Below are positions 7,578-10,438 of a stretch of DNA of 10,438 nt, piece after piece; within the stretch, counting starts at the first letter, position 1; every line of letters begins with the position of its first letter. Source of the DNA: Candidatus Hydrothermales bacterium (lineage in GTDB: Bacteria > Hydrothermota > Hydrothermia > Hydrothermales > JAJRUZ01); the NCBI GenBank assembly GCA_039630575.1, contig JBCNUW010000033.1:1-10438 (forward strand). The letters are read 5' to 3'. The notes under the pieces are model-generated. The model searched no databases. It saw nothing but the letters and a program-made list of their open reading frames with translations, and was not told where the DNA came from. The translations under genes were made by a program, and so were the position numbers.

Positions 7578-10111
7578 GTGATTATAGACTTAAACTTAAA
7601 GCCTTGCTTCATGATCCGATTGATAAACAATTTGTAATTTGGAAATTAAAGAAAAAGCATGAAGAAGTAGCAAGGGAATATTTGAATTTTCTTTTATATG
7701 GTGAAACTATTCATGAAGAGGAAATAAAATTGGCTGATCAAATTGCTTCTGCAATTAGTAGAATAATTGTTGTACCAGAGGAAGAGAGCCTAAAAAAGAT
7801 ATTGGATGAAAAAACAAAATTTGAATGGGAAGAAATAAAATTCATTGATATTTTTTCCTTAAGATCTCAAAAGGCAGGAATGCCAGATAACGAAGAGGAA
7901 GTTAGAAAAAAATTTAAAAAATTGGGTGATTTAAAATTTAACACTTCTGATGAAAGAGTTAAAGTATATTTCCTTTTTCTCTGGAGATTCCTACCAGAAA
8001 TCTTTCCATGGATAAACACTCATCCTGCTGATTCAAGGGCACCAAATCATTCTATATATGACCATCTTGTGCAAACATCAGCAATTGCTTCCAGCTTACC
8101 AAAACCAACCTTTTTGCTCTTTACAATAGCACCGGTTCAAGAATATATAAGCACTTCAAGAAAAACAAGTGACTTATGGTCAGGTAGTTATATCCTTTCT
8201 TATTTAATCTATAAAGCTACTACAGTAATTTTAGATGAGTTAGGTCCAGATAATATTATTTATCCAAATTTATTAAAACAACCACTTGTTGATAGATGGT
8301 TATATGAAAAATTTAAAAATACACAAATATTAGATATCTTCAAAGATGAAGAATACTTTAAAAAATTTATTGATAATGCCCTCTTAGAGGAAAATTTAAC
8401 AATTGCAAACTTTCCGAACAGATTTCTCGCAATTATACCCTTTGAAATAGCAAAGGATATTGCTGAGAAATGCAAAGAAAAGATATTGAAAGAGTTTGAA
8501 AATTTTACTAATAAGTTAGATAAAATAAATGAAATTAAAGAAGCTGAATTAAAAAAAGAAACTAAAGAAAAAATCTTAAAACATTTAAAAAACTATTTTC
8601 AGATTTATTATGTCTATCTTCCATGGCTTAATGATAGCTATACTGATATTCAGACAATTTTAGATGAATATATAGATTTAGTTGGTGTAAATGAAAGATA
8701 TAAGATCATAGATATCATAAAAAAACATTCTTATTATAAACCAACAACAGTTGGCACTGCATATTCACTTTTAGTTGAACTTGTTGAAAAATTTTTGGCT
8801 TCAAGAAAGATGTATAGAAAATATGAGGATATAGGAGAGCAAAAGGGTGAAAAGTGCCATTTATGTGGGAATTATGATATTTTACCAATAAAATGGGATA
8901 AATTACCAAGATGGATTGTAAGGGAAAGAGAAAGACTTTGTGGTGTTTGTTTCATAAAAAGGGTTTTTCCCTCCATATTAAAAGATATTTTAAATTTTAG
9001 TAGCGAAATTAAATTTCCCTCAACCTCTGAGATGGCTACTGTTTTGTATAAAACTAAGATGGAAGAAGGGAATATTGAGGAATTTAAAAGAGAATTTGAA
9101 GAACTCAGAAAAAAAACAGATATTCCAAAAAGTGTAAGTGTTCCTGCATTAAATGGACACATGCTCTACGATGTTGATGGTGAATGGTTGTTTAGAGAAA
9201 ATTATAGAAAAGAAAGATTTGAAAGAGAAATAGGAAAGACTTTGTTAGAAAGCGATTACAAAAATATAATTGATATCTTAAATAAAATAAAAAAACCGCC
9301 TACCTATTATGCAATTTTAATGATGGATGGAGACGAAATGGGTAAATGGTTAAAAGGTGATAAAATGCCAAAAATTGGAGAATTGATGCACTCTAAAGTA
9401 AGGGATGTATTGAAAAATTTTGATGAAAATTTTAATGAAATTTTAACTTCAAAACATCCTATTTCTGCTTCTATCCACGAGGGCTTTTCAAGAAGATTAA
9501 CAGACTTTGCTTTAAACAGAGTAAAAAAGTTAATAGAAGAAGAAAATTATGGAAAGCTTGTTTATGCAGGTGGTGATGATATTTTAGCGTTATTACCTGT
9601 TGAAAAAGTTATAAAATGTGCTTATGAATTACAAGAAGATTTTAAAAATGTTTTAAGTGAGAGGGCTTCAATGAGTGCAGGAGTAGTAATAGCTCATCAT
9701 AAGTACCCTTTATCAATTGCTCTAAATAAGGTAAGAGAGGCGTTAAAAAATGCAAAAGAAGATTATGGAAGAAATGCTTTTTGTGTTATTTATTTATCAA
9801 AGAGTGGAGAAGAAAGGAAATTTGGAGGCAAATGGACAATAAAAGATTTCTTTAACAAGTTGATTTGTATAATTAAGGAGAAGGAGATTTCAAAGGGTTT
9901 TGCTTATGAGATTTTAGAAGTAATTGAGAAAATTAGTGATATAAATATAGTTGAGGTGGAATTAAAAAGAATTTTAAGGAGAAAATTTAGAAAAGATGTT
10001 GACATAAAAAAATATGTAGATGAATTTACAAAGATATTAAGGGAGTATAATGAAAAATTAAAAGATTTTGGAGATATGTTAATAATTGCAGAGAGAATCT
10101 TTGAAAATTGA
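7574..10111 (+). CDS. cas10: Type III-B large subunit Cas10/Cmr2, 845 aa
   Basis: LLHDP (H13/D14), PADSRAPNHSIYDH, PVQEYISTSRKTSDLWSGS, PNRF, Zn-finger CHLC/CGVC, MDGDEMG, YAGGDD (GGDD 666-669, nt 9569-9580) and SMSAG..IAHHKYPL. ATGA overlap with csx1. Confidence 0.98.
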   Translation: MSDYRLKLKALLHDPIDKQFVIWKLKKKHEEVAREYLNFLLYGETIHEEEIKLADQIASAISRIIVVPEEESLKKILDEKTKFEWEEIKFIDIFSLRSQKAGMPDNEEEVRKKFKKLGDLKFNTSDERVKVYFLFLWRFLPEIFPWINTHPADSRAPNHSIYDHLVQTSAIASSLPKPTFLLFTIAPVQEYISTSRKTSDLWSGSYILSYLIYKATTVILDELGPDNIIYPNLLKQPLVDRWLYEKFKNTQILDIFKDEEYFKKFIDNALLEENLTIANFPNRFLAIIPFEIAKDIAEKCKEKILKEFENFTNKLDKINEIKEAELKKETKEKILKHLKNYFQIYYVYLPWLNDSYTDIQTILDEYIDLVGVNERYKIIDIIKKHSYYKPTTVGTAYSLLVELVEKFLASRKMYRKYEDIGEQKGEKCHLCGNYDILPIKWDKLPRWIVRERERLCGVCFIKRVFPSILKDILNFSSEIKFPSTSEMATVLYKTKMEEGNIEEFKREFEELRKKTDIPKSVSVPALNGHMLYDVDGEWLFRENYRKERFEREIGKTLLESDYKNIIDILNKIKKPPTYYAILMMDGDEMGKWLKGDKMPKIGELMHSKVRDVLKNFDENFNEILTSKHPISASIHEGFSRRLTDFALNRVKKLIEEENYGKLVYAGGDDILALLPVEKVIKCAYELQEDFKNVLSERASMSAGVVIAHHKYPLSIALNKVREALKNAKEDYGRNAFCVIYLSKSGEERKFGGKWTIKDFFNKLICIIKEKEISKGFAYEILEVIEKISDINIVEVELKRILRRKFRKDVDIKKYVDEFTKILREYNEKLKDFGDMLIIAERIFEN

Positions 10112-10195
10112 GTTTGATATTGCAAAACTAACGGTTTGACGCAAAATTTGAATAAAAATTGAAAAATTTTATTGAAATATAATAAAATATTTACG
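10112..10195 (+). promoter_or_regulatory. CRISPR leader of array 2 with candidate promoter
   Basis: 84-bp AT-rich non-coding segment abutting the first repeat. It contains TATAAT (10178-10183) and TTGAAA(10159-10164)-N18-TAAAAT(10183-10188). Confidence 0.75.
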
Positions 10196-10438
10196 GTTGC
10201 AATGTGCCAAAGAGGAATTTAAACCATAGTTTTCCGCATTTTCACAGTTTAAAATTTTTCGTTGCAATGTGCCAAAGAGGAATTTAAACCTTGAATTAAA
10301 AAGTGAAGATATTGAATTTTTGCTTATGGTTGCAATGTGCCAAAGAGGAATTTAAACAGAAAAATATAGAGGAAATAATTCTTTTAAACCCAAGTTGCAA
10401 TGTGCCAAAGAGGAATTTAAACCCTGTCAGAGTCAGGG
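10196..10438 (+). CRISPR. Leader end of CRISPR array 2: four identical 29-bp repeats, spacers of 36, 39 and 36 bp, and a partial fourth spacer
   Basis: GTTGCAATGTGCCAAAGAGGAATTTAAAC at 10196-10224, 10261-10289, 10329-10357 and 10394-10422. The 3' end ATTTAAAC resembles the typical 8-nt crRNA 5' tag. The array runs off the right edge. Confidence 0.99.

Noticed and set aside
178..10125. Short minus-strand ORFs (178-378, 499-684, 832-1017, 2803-2985, 4099-4386, 8260-8475, 8715-8909, 8872-9162, 9904-10125)
   Set aside because: All lie antisense to well-supported cas genes, have the Phe/Ser/Leu/Ile-rich composition of shadow frames of A-rich coding DNA, and show no motifs.
10422..10438. CCCTG...CAGGG inverted repeat at the window end
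   Set aside because: It is a 5-bp stem within a truncated spacer and cannot be evaluated.

Overview
An AT-rich prokaryotic window holding a complete type III-B (Cmr) CRISPR-Cas interference operon on the + strand, ordered cmr3-cmr4-cmr1-cmr5-[69-aa ORF + nucleotidyltransferase]-cmr6-[331-aa HExxH metallopeptidase-like ORF]-csx1-cas10/cmr2. Two co-oriented CRISPR arrays with the same 29-bp repeat (GTTGCAATGTGCCAAAGAGGAATTTAAAC) bracket it: the trailer end of one at 1-81 and the leader plus first repeats of another at 10112-10438. Cas10 keeps its HD and GGDD motifs, Cmr4 keeps its catalytic Asp and Csx1 keeps CARF and HEPN motifs, so cyclic oligoadenylate signalling looks intact. No cas1, cas2, cas6 or recognisable standalone ring nuclease is present. 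The most unusual elements are two non-cas insertions inside the operon: a higher-GC zinc metallopeptidase-like gene directly upstream of csx1, and a small-protein/nucleotidyltransferase pair resembling a toxin-antitoxin module. All calls come from reading motifs by eye; no database searches were run.
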